Positions 8,895 to 18,492 of a stretch of 45,131 nucleotides of DNA are shown here, piece after piece; positions within the stretch are counted from its first letter, which is position 1; each line of letters starts with the position of its first letter. This DNA comes from Candidatus Thorarchaeota archaeon (lineage in GTDB: Archaea > Asgardarchaeota > Thorarchaeia > Thorarchaeales > Thorarchaeaceae): positions 1 through 45,131 of the forward strand of contig JAEORO010000217.1 in the NCBI GenBank assembly GCA_016840855.1, in the 5' to 3' direction. A program made the translations under genes and the position numbers. Under the pieces are notes generated by a model. That model saw nothing but the letters and a program-made list of their open reading frames with translations, was not told the DNA's origin and ran no database searches.

Positions 8895-10229
8895 ATGACC
8901 TCCTTAGAAACAATACCTCACATGGCGATTTTTTGGGATGTGGAAAATGTAACTGACGAATCTGCTACACACAGAACCATGACTGAGAGGATACATCAGG
9001 CTGGCACTGTTACTCGTGCGTATGCATTTGCAGATTGGGACCATAGACGCCAAATGGCTGAGGAACTCTATGCATTAGGGTATGATTTAATTCACATCCC
9101 TGACCAACGTGACAACGCTAGCGACTATAAGATGGCTGCATACATTCTTGATCACCTTATGCATTATCCTGAAACCACACGTTATGTTCTCATCACCGGT
9201 GATGGTGACTTCAAGCTAATTGCAGGTGCACTCAAAGAACATGGTGTGGAATTGTGGCTGATTAGCAATCCAATCATTACAGCTTCTGAGTTGCCTGAGC
9301 TAGCAACAATATATAGCGACATTTTTTCTTTTAGGCCTGCTCTAGATTGTGTTCGCCCAGAAGACTGCGACGAGTCAGTTCAAAGCATTGTTCAATTGCG
9401 ACATCTAGCTGCTGTTCAACTTCAGGAAGTAATTCGAATAATCACTAAGACTGGTAACAAACCCGGTGTCGGTCATACAAAACACGTGATGAAATCATTG
9501 AACCCTGACTTCAATGAATCTGCAATGGGTTTCAGTCACTGGAATGAGTTTGTGGAATGGGCCGAAGCGCAAAAATACATTGTCCGGGAAGGTGAAATGC
9601 CTAGAACAATTCTGGCACTACCAGACAAAATATCTCCTGAGTCAATTAAGAAATCAAAAGAGGTCGATGAGGCTTTCTCGTTCCTGGCGCAGGTGACTGA
9701 GGAGCGCCTTAATGAAAAGCCACCATTTACTCTAATGGAGCTCGGAGTTGAGCTCCGAGAACGCGGACTGGACCTTGAAAAAATCGGTTACAGACGGTTT
9801 TCAGATTTTGTACTCTCTGCGGAAAAGCGCAATCTGATTCGAATCATTGCTCCAGAAAAAGAGGGTGATTCTCCCGTTGTTCTCCCGGTATATGATGTCG
9901 ATCGAATACAAGCTTGGTTTGAAAAGAACGTTGAGCGTTTATTTGGTTCATCAGTAAATGTTCCTAAGACTGCATTTCTGAAGAAGATAGGTCAGACACT
10001 TCTTGAAACACACACAACTCTTGATGAGCTCGAGAATTTCCTAACAGCGCCACGAGTAAAGGAGGTCTATAATGACATTCTTGCTGTAAGTGAAATCCCA
10101 TTTCTTCCTCCTTTCCAGCAGTCGTTGGCTCACATTCTGATTGGCAAACGATTAGAGTGCGTCGCCGTTATAGAAAAAGTCAATCAAGAACTCAGTCCTC
10201 TTGGTATCAAGCTTCAATGTCCTAAATAA
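8895..10229 (+). CDS. NYN (LabA/DUF88 PIN-like) nuclease with two OST-HTH/LOTUS domains
   Basis: FWDVENV, ASDYKM and ITGDGDF acidic motifs. LOTUS-like PDFNESAMGFSHWNEFVE and DLEKIGYRRFSDFV. Start uncertain (8865, 8895 or later). Confidence 0.85.
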   Translation: MTSLETIPHMAIFWDVENVTDESATHRTMTERIHQAGTVTRAYAFADWDHRRQMAEELYALGYDLIHIPDQRDNASDYKMAAYILDHLMHYPETTRYVLITGDGDFKLIAGALKEHGVELWLISNPIITASELPELATIYSDIFSFRPALDCVRPEDCDESVQSIVQLRHLAAVQLQEVIRIITKTGNKPGVGHTKHVMKSLNPDFNESAMGFSHWNEFVEWAEAQKYIVREGEMPRTILALPDKISPESIKKSKEVDEAFSFLAQVTEERLNEKPPFTLMELGVELRERGLDLEKIGYRRFSDFVLSAEKRNLIRIIAPEKEGDSPVVLPVYDVDRIQAWFEKNVERLFGSSVNVPKTAFLKKIGQTLLETHTTLDELENFLTAPRVKEVYNDILAVSEIPFLPPFQQSLAHILIGKRLECVAVIEKVNQELSPLGIKLQCPK

Positions 10230-10272
10230 CAGAAGGGTTATCAGTGCTTCATACACTGCCAGAGGAAATGTG

Positions 10273-11367
10273 ATGACAATGAATCCATATGAGAAATTAG
10301 CTGCTGTGCTTGACAAGATACCAAATGGGTTTCCACCAGCTGCAGATGGGTCTCATCTCAGAGTACTCGAGTGGATTTTCACTCCCGAAGAAGCTGAAGT
10401 TGCTAGTCAGCTGAAACTTCGTGGTGAAACTTTAGAAGAGCTAAGCAATCGATTTAATCGTCCAAAAGACGAACTAGAGAAGTTTCTTGATGCGATGCAT
10501 AAGAAAGGTCAGATTAGCTCTTGGATCTCAAAGAGTGCGGGTGCTAGGAAGTACGGTTTACTGCCCTTTGCGGTTGGAATCTATGAGGAGCAACTTAACA
10601 GGATGGATGGAGAGTTTGCACAGCGTCTCGAACAGTACTTTCAACATGAAACTGGATTCAGAAGGGTTGTAGCAACTAAACCAGTCATTTTTCAGGTGAT
10701 TCCAGTTAATCAAAGTGTGAGCACAGAGTTAGAGATTCACAGTCTTGAGAAAGCTGAGCAAATGATTGAGTCTTCAGTTTCTTGGGGAGTTCGTGAATGT
10801 GTCTGTAGGAAGCAGAAGGACTTGATTGGTGAAGGTTGCGACTATCCTAGGTCAGTCTGCCTTGCACTTGCTCCAAACAAGGAGAATGCATACGATGATG
10901 ACGAGCTCACAAAAGCCATCACTAAAGAGGAATCACTCAGACTTCTCAGAGAATCTGAAGAGGCTGGGCTCATTCATTGCACTTATAATGTGCAATCTGG
11001 ACGAACTTTCATTTGCAATTGCTGCACTTGCTGCTGTGGTGTTCTCAGAGGTGTCGAGAATCTAGAACACCCTCGTGAGCACATTAAGACTGACTTCATT
11101 ATGACTGTGAATGCTGACCTATGCACAGCCTGTGAAACATGTGTTGATCGGTGCCAGTTTGACGCCCTTAGTGTTCCTGAGGATGTATGTGTTGTTGACA
11201 AGAATAGATGCATTGGATGTGGTGTATGTGCGATGGATTGTCCCGAAGGTGCCCTCAGTCTTGTTCGTGACGAATCTCCCAACAGACTTGAACAACCAAC
11301 CAATACTCTAGACTGGATGACAAAACGTGCTATCTCTCGAGGCGTCGATCCTTCAGATATATTGTAA
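10273..11367 (+). CDS. 4Fe-4S binding protein (N-terminal HTH-like region, Cys-rich core, C-terminal 2x[4Fe-4S] ferredoxin domain)
   Basis: CVCR, HC, ICNCCTCCC, CTACETCVDRC and CIGCGVCAMDCP. Start set at ATG 10273 to avoid overlap with the NYN gene. Confidence 0.85.
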   Translation: MTMNPYEKLAAVLDKIPNGFPPAADGSHLRVLEWIFTPEEAEVASQLKLRGETLEELSNRFNRPKDELEKFLDAMHKKGQISSWISKSAGARKYGLLPFAVGIYEEQLNRMDGEFAQRLEQYFQHETGFRRVVATKPVIFQVIPVNQSVSTELEIHSLEKAEQMIESSVSWGVRECVCRKQKDLIGEGCDYPRSVCLALAPNKENAYDDDELTKAITKEESLRLLRESEEAGLIHCTYNVQSGRTFICNCCTCCCGVLRGVENLEHPREHIKTDFIMTVNADLCTACETCVDRCQFDALSVPEDVCVVDKNRCIGCGVCAMDCPEGALSLVRDESPNRLEQPTNTLDWMTKRAISRGVDPSDIL

Positions 11368-11427
11368 ATTGATTGTAGCAAATACAAAAAATGACTAGTC
11401 TTAAGAAGAACCAACTAGTACATCATT

Positions 11428-12426
11428 GTGAATCTGCACATGACCTCCAATACTGATCAAGAAAAGAAGGTTGAAGAGAAGAAGGGACGCAGCAAACGGT
11501 ATATCCCTAACCTTGCAGAGTTCTATTTCAGACCCACATTTGATTGGACAAGAGAAGAAGCTGAAAGTCTGTATACTAGTGCTAAATCTCTCTCTTCAAA
11601 CCTCGAGTTAAATGTGGTCCGATTCGAAGACTGCGTCAATGGAATGAAGGAGCTCCCTGACAAGTCGGTTGACTTGGTCATTGCAGATCCTCCCTTTGGG
11701 ATCTCCTTTGATGGTAAGAGTGGTGTGTATAATCGCGATGAGCGTCTGGTCATTGAGGGATATGAGGAAACAGATGAGTCATATCATGAGTTCACTGTAA
11801 AATGGTTGGCTGAATTACCAAGAATCATGAAGTCGGAATCATCCGCCTATATCTTCAGCGGCTGGACAAATCTTGATGCCATTCTTCAAGGTGCTAGAGA
11901 GGCTGGTCTGGAAACCCTGAATCATCTAATTTGGCACTACCCATTTGGTGTGTATACAAAGAAACGGTTTGTCACCAGTCATTATCACATAGTTCTTCTT
12001 GTTAAGACACCAAGCAACTACTTCTTCAACAAAATTGAGAATTATCCTGAGGATGTCTGGTCTGTAAAACGTCAGTACCGCACAGGCCTTGCCAAAAATG
12101 CCACGACATTACCTCTTGATGTGGTTTCAAGATGCATCGATTTCTCTTCGAAACCCGGAGATATTGTGTTCGATCCCTTCATGGGAAATGGGACCACAGC
12201 AGTAAGCGCTAAAATGAATTTTCGTCATTTCATTGGTTTTGAGATTAATAGAAAACTTCGACCATTACTGGAGAAAGAACTTGCTAAGGCTACACCTGGC
12301 GAGTCATACATTCCATATACTGAACGTCTTCCAACAATCGAGAAGCTTGCAGAGATGTACCCCAAGGCATATCGTGAGTATCTCCAGAGGGAAAAGCAGC
12401 CGCCTCAGAAGAAAGTGAGAGCCTGA
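11428..12426 (+). CDS. Site-specific DNA methyltransferase, beta class (N6-adenine/N4-cytosine), apparently orphan
   Basis: Motif IV ADPPF precedes motif I FDPFMGNGTT, followed by FIGFEIN. Start GTG 11428 or ATG 11440. Confidence 0.9.
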   Translation: MNLHMTSNTDQEKKVEEKKGRSKRYIPNLAEFYFRPTFDWTREEAESLYTSAKSLSSNLELNVVRFEDCVNGMKELPDKSVDLVIADPPFGISFDGKSGVYNRDERLVIEGYEETDESYHEFTVKWLAELPRIMKSESSAYIFSGWTNLDAILQGAREAGLETLNHLIWHYPFGVYTKKRFVTSHYHIVLLVKTPSNYFFNKIENYPEDVWSVKRQYRTGLAKNATTLPLDVVSRCIDFSSKPGDIVFDPFMGNGTTAVSAKMNFRHFIGFEINRKLRPLLEKELAKATPGESYIPYTERLPTIEKLAEMYPKAYREYLQREKQPPQKKVRA

Positions 12427-12431
12427 TTCAG

Positions 12432-13871
12432 ATGGAGATAGAGGATCTGTATAAACGGCATGGGTCTGAGCGTGACCAGCTTGCAGATGCCACTAGTATT
12501 AGCGACGTCTATACAAGAGAGTATGGGACAGAGCTTACACTATGGGAATCTCAACTGCTCCGACAGTTTCAGGAGAAGGTATCAGCTCGTCGATATCGAT
12601 ATCGTGGATTTGTTCGTCATACACGGGACACAACACTTGTCCTTCTGACTCCGAGTCCTTGGTTGATGGATGGAGAATTCATCTTCTTTGAGAAAGACAG
12701 GGAGCTACCTCCTGATGGCGCCTATATTGAGGTCGTTGGCTCTAGTGTAGCTGCACCACGCCCTCTCGAAGAGTCTCAAACAATCATTCGCGCAATTGCA
12801 GCAGAAACTTGGACTCCACTATCAATTGACTTTATCTCAGAAATCCCACCACCAATGAATCTCAACGAGCTATCCAATCTTCTATTTGAGTATGTAGGAA
12901 TGGCTGAAGCTAGCAAGAGAGTGTTCACACGTCTTTTCGTTTCAAGTCCTCCCTTTCAGGACAGCATTGGGGGACTCACAATGGGAATTCAGGCTATTGC
13001 CTCCCAAACTCAAGTCCGAAGGCTACTTTCATTCATCAGGCAAGTGCTTCCTCCAACAATGAAAGGGCGCCAACACTCATTTAGGCACGTTCAAGGAATC
13101 AAAGTTAGGGCGCCTCGTTTCTGGCGATTTGATGTTGGATCATTCTCAATTAACAAGATGCAACAGATATGTGTACAACGTCGAGACCCTGCTGGTTATC
13201 AGGAGGTCTCTCTTGGTGCCCTAACAGAAACTGAAACAGCTTTTCTCCCTGATATACCACTAGCAATATCAACTGAAGATTTCTGGATAGAAACCCGAAA
13301 CCCATCACATCTACGGTTACCAATCTTGAAGTCAGCAATCACTTTTCAAATGCTAACTCCAGAGATTACCAAACGGAGCGTTGATGCGGGGACTGAACAT
13401 GTACTAACACGTTTGGATGCTCTGCGAGAGAGCTTTGGATTTGAAGAACGAGTACTTGCACGGGGACATTTACTCGATGCAGACGCTCTTGGTCGCCCAC
13501 TCAGTACTATAAAACTTGCACGCTCCACAGCCCGTGCGTATTGGAAGGAAACAGTCACTGCCAAGGATATAAGATACGCTTGGGACCGAGTACTCGAACC
13601 AGCTTTAAAAGAGTTCATTGAGCTCACCGAATTGAAAGAGAGTGCGGAGAAGGACTGGGGTAAAGAGAGTCGAATTGACAAGTTCAATACCAAGGTACTG
13701 AAGGCAATAAAGAAACTAGATACTGGAAAACGAGGGTCTCTTGGACCGACTCTGAATGAAATTGCAGAAGAAGCTGGTGTTGAGCGCCATGTAGCTGCAG
13801 AAACCCTTGCGCGGATGAAGGACAACAGCATCCTCTATGAACCACGCCCGGGTCACTACAGGTTAGTCTGA
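12432..13871 (+). CDS. Divergent, probably ATPase-inactive MCM-like protein (OB fold, degenerate AAA+, lid, C-terminal wHTH)
   Basis: LPPDGAYIEVVG (OB), GRPLSTIKLARSTARAYWKETVTAKDIRYA (MCM lid/sensor-2) and terminal LYEPRPGHYRLV (archaeal MCM wHTH end). No Walker A GKS/T, no Walker B DE. Confidence 0.65.
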   Translation: MEIEDLYKRHGSERDQLADATSISDVYTREYGTELTLWESQLLRQFQEKVSARRYRYRGFVRHTRDTTLVLLTPSPWLMDGEFIFFEKDRELPPDGAYIEVVGSSVAAPRPLEESQTIIRAIAAETWTPLSIDFISEIPPPMNLNELSNLLFEYVGMAEASKRVFTRLFVSSPPFQDSIGGLTMGIQAIASQTQVRRLLSFIRQVLPPTMKGRQHSFRHVQGIKVRAPRFWRFDVGSFSINKMQQICVQRRDPAGYQEVSLGALTETETAFLPDIPLAISTEDFWIETRNPSHLRLPILKSAITFQMLTPEITKRSVDAGTEHVLTRLDALRESFGFEERVLARGHLLDADALGRPLSTIKLARSTARAYWKETVTAKDIRYAWDRVLEPALKEFIELTELKESAEKDWGKESRIDKFNTKVLKAIKKLDTGKRGSLGPTLNEIAEEAGVERHVAAETLARMKDNSILYEPRPGHYRLV

Positions 13872-13875
13872 TAGT

Positions 13876-14472
13876 CTATGAGAACGATCTGAAGAACTCC
13901 TCAGGTTCTTGTCCTTCCTCAATAATTTCAATCTCTTGCACTCCGACACGCTCTGCGTCATATCTTCGTGCTAGGATAGTACCATCAAACTTCTCTCGGG
14001 CTGTTGCATCCTTACCACGCCACACAAAAATATCATCCCACGCATCCAGTAGGAAGACATCATCACTCTTCAAGGAGTCCTTACTGAGTTCGACTTCTGC
14101 AAAGAAGGTTTCATCCCCTTCGCGATGAACTCGCCAGAGTTTATGCTCATGACTTTCCATGTGGACCTTCTTCAATATGCCTTCAGTATCTTCATCGGTC
14201 AGTTGGAAGTCATCAAAGAGTGCTTTGAATTCAGCAGGTTCATTTCCTCCCTCAATTCGGTCAATGTCTGCTTTTCCTTCACGCGCTTGATCACTCATCA
14301 CTGCTGATGCGGCTGTGAGAAATTTCTCATCAACTTGTGAATTGGGACCAATCCACAAGTACAGCTTTAAACCAGCGTCAACAAGATAGCAGTCGCCAAG
14401 CCCGAAGTTTCCCGGGTTTTTCATTTTAACAAGGCGACCTTTCTGAATGTGGTATGTAGTTGGTTCTGGCAT
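13876..14472 (-). CDS. Two-domain gelsolin-like protein (Asgard 2DGel type)
   Basis: Two gelsolin repeats: GDCYLVDAGLKLYLWIGPNSQVDEK...GGNEPAEF and DDVFLLDAWDDIFVWRGKDATAREK...EGQEPEEF. Confidence 0.92.
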   Translation of the reverse strand: MPEPTTYHIQKGRLVKMKNPGNFGLGDCYLVDAGLKLYLWIGPNSQVDEKFLTAASAVMSDQAREGKADIDRIEGGNEPAEFKALFDDFQLTDEDTEGILKKVHMESHEHKLWRVHREGDETFFAEVELSKDSLKSDDVFLLDAWDDIFVWRGKDATAREKFDGTILARRYDAERVGVQEIEIIEEGQEPEEFFRSFS

Positions 14473-14560
14473 GATTTGCCTCTCCTACATGTCCATATTC
14501 GTATTCATGTATAAATAAAAGTCCGACATAATCGATTGATGGACTAAGCTAAATATTATT

Positions 14561-15211
14561 CTATGTAACAAGACTCATGGTCACATTATACCAGAAACTC
14601 TGAGACTGACTTTTGCGGAAGAGCAAGAATGAAGTAATATGTGGGACTCCAGTTTCTAAGTCTATGATGCCGTGCCACTCTCGTGCTTCATATGTTTCAT
14701 TCACGCTATAACCAAAGTAGAAGGAGTCTCCCTGAAATCTTGAGATATAGGATTCGTGCACTGATGATGGTCTATCAATCTGGTTTGGAAAGAAAAAGTC
14801 AAGATGTCCCCACCCACCAACAGGAAGAATGCATCGTGAAATGTGTCTATTGATTGTAAAACGGAACTCTGCTGGAATGTCTGTGCCATTTGAAAATCTA
14901 GATCTAGTCTTCACAGGTTCTACTATGTTCTCAAGAAAAGTGTCTGCATAGAATATGATTGTTACATTCGGAAGTGAGAGTATCTCAACGCTGATGTAGG
15001 TGTTATTCATCTCTATGAATGGTGGAGGACTTACTGAGGAATTTGTTATTGTAATCCCTGTGACTATAACAGCAAAAACGAACTCTTGACCTTCCTCAAT
15101 TGTCCACAAGAATGTCATTGACTCACGGATATTTTCCGTAACAAATCCGATTGAGAAAGTAACCACAAAGGTGAGAATAACTGCTGTAAGGATTCTCGTG
15201 CGATGGTCCAT
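14561..15211 (-). CDS. Hypothetical membrane-anchored/secreted protein
   Basis: N-terminal hydrophobic helix, beta-rich body and several NxS/T sequons. Confidence 0.7.
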   Translation of the reverse strand: MDHRTRILTAVILTFVVTFSIGFVTENIRESMTFLWTIEEGQEFVFAVIVTGITITNSSVSPPPFIEMNNTYISVEILSLPNVTIIFYADTFLENIVEPVKTRSRFSNGTDIPAEFRFTINRHISRCILPVGGWGHLDFFFPNQIDRPSSVHESYISRFQGDSFYFGYSVNETYEAREWHGIIDLETGVPHITSFLLFRKSQSQSFWYNVTMSLVT

Positions 15212-15332
15212 TTTTTCTGCACCACTTTCTACAATCTTTTCAATGCAGGCTTGGTCTTTTGGTCGTTTTGATTAATCGGTTGATGACAATCTTACCTTTA
15301 AAAGTGCATGAACACTTGTTCACGATGAACAG

Positions 15333-16136
15333 ATGCCAGAACTTCCAGAGCTTGAAATCATAGCTGAGCAATTGACTCGTCTTCTCAAAGGTCGGACAAT
15401 AAGGAGAACGGTTGTCCACAACCACATAGTAGTTCACGGTCTCCCTGCCCATGACTTTGAGTTAAAATCGGTAGGAGAAACTTTTGATTCAGCAGTTGCA
15501 GATGGAAAATTCTTGATTCTCTCGCTAGCTAATTGTGATATTGTACTGAATCTCATGTTAACAGGAAAACTTAGGGTTATTCCAAGGTTCAAAAAACCTA
15601 CAAGATATGATATGGTCTCTTTTCAGACAAAAGACTTGACACTCTGGTATTCAGATGCCAAAAAGATGGGACGAATATATCTCGTCGATAGAGGTGATTA
15701 CTCAACAGTTGCTGAATTTGAGGGGCGAGGACCCTCAGCGCTGGATCCATCTCTAACTCTAGATGTTTTCAGACAACGATTGAAACGTCACAATGGGCAG
15801 ATCAAGAATGTGTTACGGAATCAAAGATTTGTGAAGGGGATTGGAAACGCCTATGCAGATGAGATTCTATTGTATGCTGGTGTCTTACCATTCAGAAAAC
15901 GGTCCACTCTGACCAAGGAAGAAATCGAGAAACTCTACAAAGCCATGAGAAGAGTCCTGACTCGAATTCGTGAAATCCTTTCAGAACGGACTCTTGATGA
16001 GATTGCTAGCGAGAAGAGGGATTTCCTGATGGTTCACAATAGAGGTGGTGAGATTTGTCCTCTCTGTGGTAGCAGGGTTTCTGAAATAACCGCAAATCGA
16101 TTCAAGACCAGCTATTGTCAGACCTGCCAGAAGTAA
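15333..16136 (+). CDS. Fpg/Nei family DNA glycosylase/AP lyase
   Basis: N-terminal MPELPE, H2TH GIGNAYADEIL and C-terminal zinc finger CPLC...CQTCQ. Confidence 0.92.
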   Translation: MPELPELEIIAEQLTRLLKGRTIRRTVVHNHIVVHGLPAHDFELKSVGETFDSAVADGKFLILSLANCDIVLNLMLTGKLRVIPRFKKPTRYDMVSFQTKDLTLWYSDAKKMGRIYLVDRGDYSTVAEFEGRGPSALDPSLTLDVFRQRLKRHNGQIKNVLRNQRFVKGIGNAYADEILLYAGVLPFRKRSTLTKEEIEKLYKAMRRVLTRIREILSERTLDEIASEKRDFLMVHNRGGEICPLCGSRVSEITANRFKTSYCQTCQK

Positions 16137-16185
16137 TATGAGTGACATTAGCTCTACATCCACCACCCATTGGAGATGAGCTGAG

Positions 16186-17367
16186 ATGGATAAATGGGAA
16201 GAGCAATTCCTTCGAGAGATTGTTGAGCTGGATACAAACAGCGATGAGAAGAAGAACTATGCAGTCTGCGCTGAGGTTATCAAAAAGTACTGCCTAGAGG
16301 CAGGTCTTGATGTAGAAATTTTTGACTCGATGCACGATGGGATACCTCAACCTAACGTAGTTGCAACAATGGATGTTGGTGCAAAAACCACTGTTCTACT
16401 CTGTACGCACTATGATGTCGTACCTGCTGGAGATACAGAAGAATGGAAAAAACCTCCCTTCGAGTTGACGATTGAAAAAGGGAAAGCATATGGTCGTGGT
16501 GCTAGCGATAACAAGGGAAACATTGTCGCTGCTGTCTGCTCTGCTAAGGAACTCATTCAGAAGAGAACATCAAAGGTAAACTGGAAAATTCTGATTAGTC
16601 CAAATGAGGAAATCGGTGGTGTCTGGGGCATTGATTATCTAATGAATGGTCCTCCCAAGATACGCGGTGACTTTGGAATCGTTGTTGATTCCGGTCCTGA
16701 GTATGTTAGTAATGGTGCGAGCGGAGTCATTGCAGGTACTATGACAGTACGAGGGATTCAGGGACATGCTGGATATCCATTCAAATTTGCGAACGCAATC
16801 CATCTCTCGATTCCATTGATGCAGGTGATGTTAGACTATGTGGATGTTCGTCGAAAAGTCGAATCTAAACTTCCAGCGCCACCCGGTAGTCCTCATCAGA
16901 CGCTCTGGGGTCGTTTCTCAATGACCGTCTTCAATGCAGGAAGTAAGACTAATACAATCCCTGGTAAAGCTGACATATCATTTGACTGTCGAACGATTCC
17001 CGAAGAAGATGTAGAAGATGTCGTTAAGAACATCGAGGATTTCTTCGCAAGAGCAAAGGAAGAAACTGGTGTTGAGGCAACCCTCACGTTCAAAACCAAA
17101 CATGCCGGGTGGGGATCTGACCCCCAGAATAAGTATGTTCAGGCATTTCATAATGCGGTCAAGGAGGTTGTCGACCCAGAGATAAAAATTGCAGCAGATT
17201 TGGGAGGAAATGATGGCCATTACTTTACCTCTCATGGAATACCCACAGTATGTTATGGAACTCTTAGAGACGATAATAACTACCACGGACTGGATGAATT
17301 CATGCATTTGGATGACTATGAAAAAGTCAAGAAGGTCCTCAATCACTTCGCGGAGACGTGCAACTGA
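16186..17367 (+). CDS. M20 ArgE/DapE family metallo-deacylase
   Basis: HYDVVP, YGRGASDNKG, NEEIGG, GGND and YHGLDE motifs. Confidence 0.9.
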   Translation: MDKWEEQFLREIVELDTNSDEKKNYAVCAEVIKKYCLEAGLDVEIFDSMHDGIPQPNVVATMDVGAKTTVLLCTHYDVVPAGDTEEWKKPPFELTIEKGKAYGRGASDNKGNIVAAVCSAKELIQKRTSKVNWKILISPNEEIGGVWGIDYLMNGPPKIRGDFGIVVDSGPEYVSNGASGVIAGTMTVRGIQGHAGYPFKFANAIHLSIPLMQVMLDYVDVRRKVESKLPAPPGSPHQTLWGRFSMTVFNAGSKTNTIPGKADISFDCRTIPEEDVEDVVKNIEDFFARAKEETGVEATLTFKTKHAGWGSDPQNKYVQAFHNAVKEVVDPEIKIAADLGGNDGHYFTSHGIPTVCYGTLRDDNNYHGLDEFMHLDDYEKVKKVLNHFAETCN

Positions 17368-18492
17368 GTGGTCGATATACATGATGTCAAAATAGGTGCA
17401 CCAGGTCCCTTTCTACCCCCTTGGGACAACGCGCTGAAGAATGCAAAGCTCATTGACTCACTAGGATATGATAGTATGGCTTTCCCGGATCATTTTGCAG
17501 GATTTGTTCCTGAGAGTATCTGGACACCTGATATCACCCCCTTGGCTCTTTTCCAAAATTCGCCCCACACTTACTATGAACAATCCAGCATCATGAGTGC
17601 ATGTGCTGCAGTGACTGAGAATGTGCAGCTGATTGCCTCCGTGACAGAGCCTTTGAGGCGTCATCCTATTCTCATAGCACAGACTTTTCTCACCTTGGAC
17701 CACATAAGCAGAGGAAGAACAGTCCTTGGCATAGGGGCTGGAGAGATTGAGAATATTGAGCCCTATGGTTTGAATTATTCAGGTCAAGTTGGGAAGCTTC
17801 GAGAAGCTCTTGAAATCATTCGAATGGTCTGGCAGACACACGAGCCTTTCAGCTATGATGGTCGTTATTGGAAACTCGAAGATGCGGTCATGTCATTGAG
17901 ACCTGCGGAGGAAGGGAAACCTCCTCCAATCTGGATAGCCGCCCTTGGTCCCAAGATGCTGGAAGTTGCTGCGAAATACGGTGATGGTTGGATTCCAACA
18001 GGTCTCACTCCACATGGTTATGGTGAACGATTGAAGGTCATTCTCAACCATCGAAAGAAACTCGATAATCAAGGCGAGTTTACAGCGGCACTATGGAACT
18101 GGTGTATTCTAGACGAAGATGAATCAGAGTGCGAAAGGATGATGAATACTCCACTCGCCAAAGCCTATGCTTTACTACTTCCAGGTCCAGAATGGAAAAG
18201 ACTTGGTTTCTCCCATCCTTTCGGTGATGATTTTCATTCGTTGACTGACTATGTCCCAATGAGATACGATCGAGAAACCACATTGTCAGCTATGAACGAA
18301 GTACCTGAGGAAGTTCTTCGAGAATTCTATATGATTGGTAATACGGATTCATTCATCAAACTGCTAGAAGATTATGTGAAACAAGGACTCAATCACTGTA
18401 TTTTATGGAACAGTACTGGAATGTTCGACTTAGAAAAGACTCGATCTTCGTACAAAATAATGAAAGAGGTCATAGCCTATGTCAAGGGATAG
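17368..18492 (+). CDS. LLM-class (luciferase-like, probably F420-dependent) oxidoreductase
   Basis: FPDH, RRHPILIAQTFLTLDHISRGRTVLGIGAGE and PPIWIAALGPKMLEVAAKYGDGW; GTG start abuts the upstream TGA. Confidence 0.9.
   Translation: MVDIHDVKIGAPGPFLPPWDNALKNAKLIDSLGYDSMAFPDHFAGFVPESIWTPDITPLALFQNSPHTYYEQSSIMSACAAVTENVQLIASVTEPLRRHPILIAQTFLTLDHISRGRTVLGIGAGEIENIEPYGLNYSGQVGKLREALEIIRMVWQTHEPFSYDGRYWKLEDAVMSLRPAEEGKPPPIWIAALGPKMLEVAAKYGDGWIPTGLTPHGYGERLKVILNHRKKLDNQGEFTAALWNWCILDEDESECERMMNTPLAKAYALLLPGPEWKRLGFSHPFGDDFHSLTDYVPMRYDRETTLSAMNEVPEEVLREFYMIGNTDSFIKLLEDYVKQGLNHCILWNSTGMFDLEKTRSSYKIMKEVIAYVKG

Noticed and set aside
11428-13871. Classical type II/III restriction-modification pair
   Set aside because: The downstream protein shows no recognisable PD-(D/E)xK, HNH or helicase motifs and fits an MCM-derived layout better.
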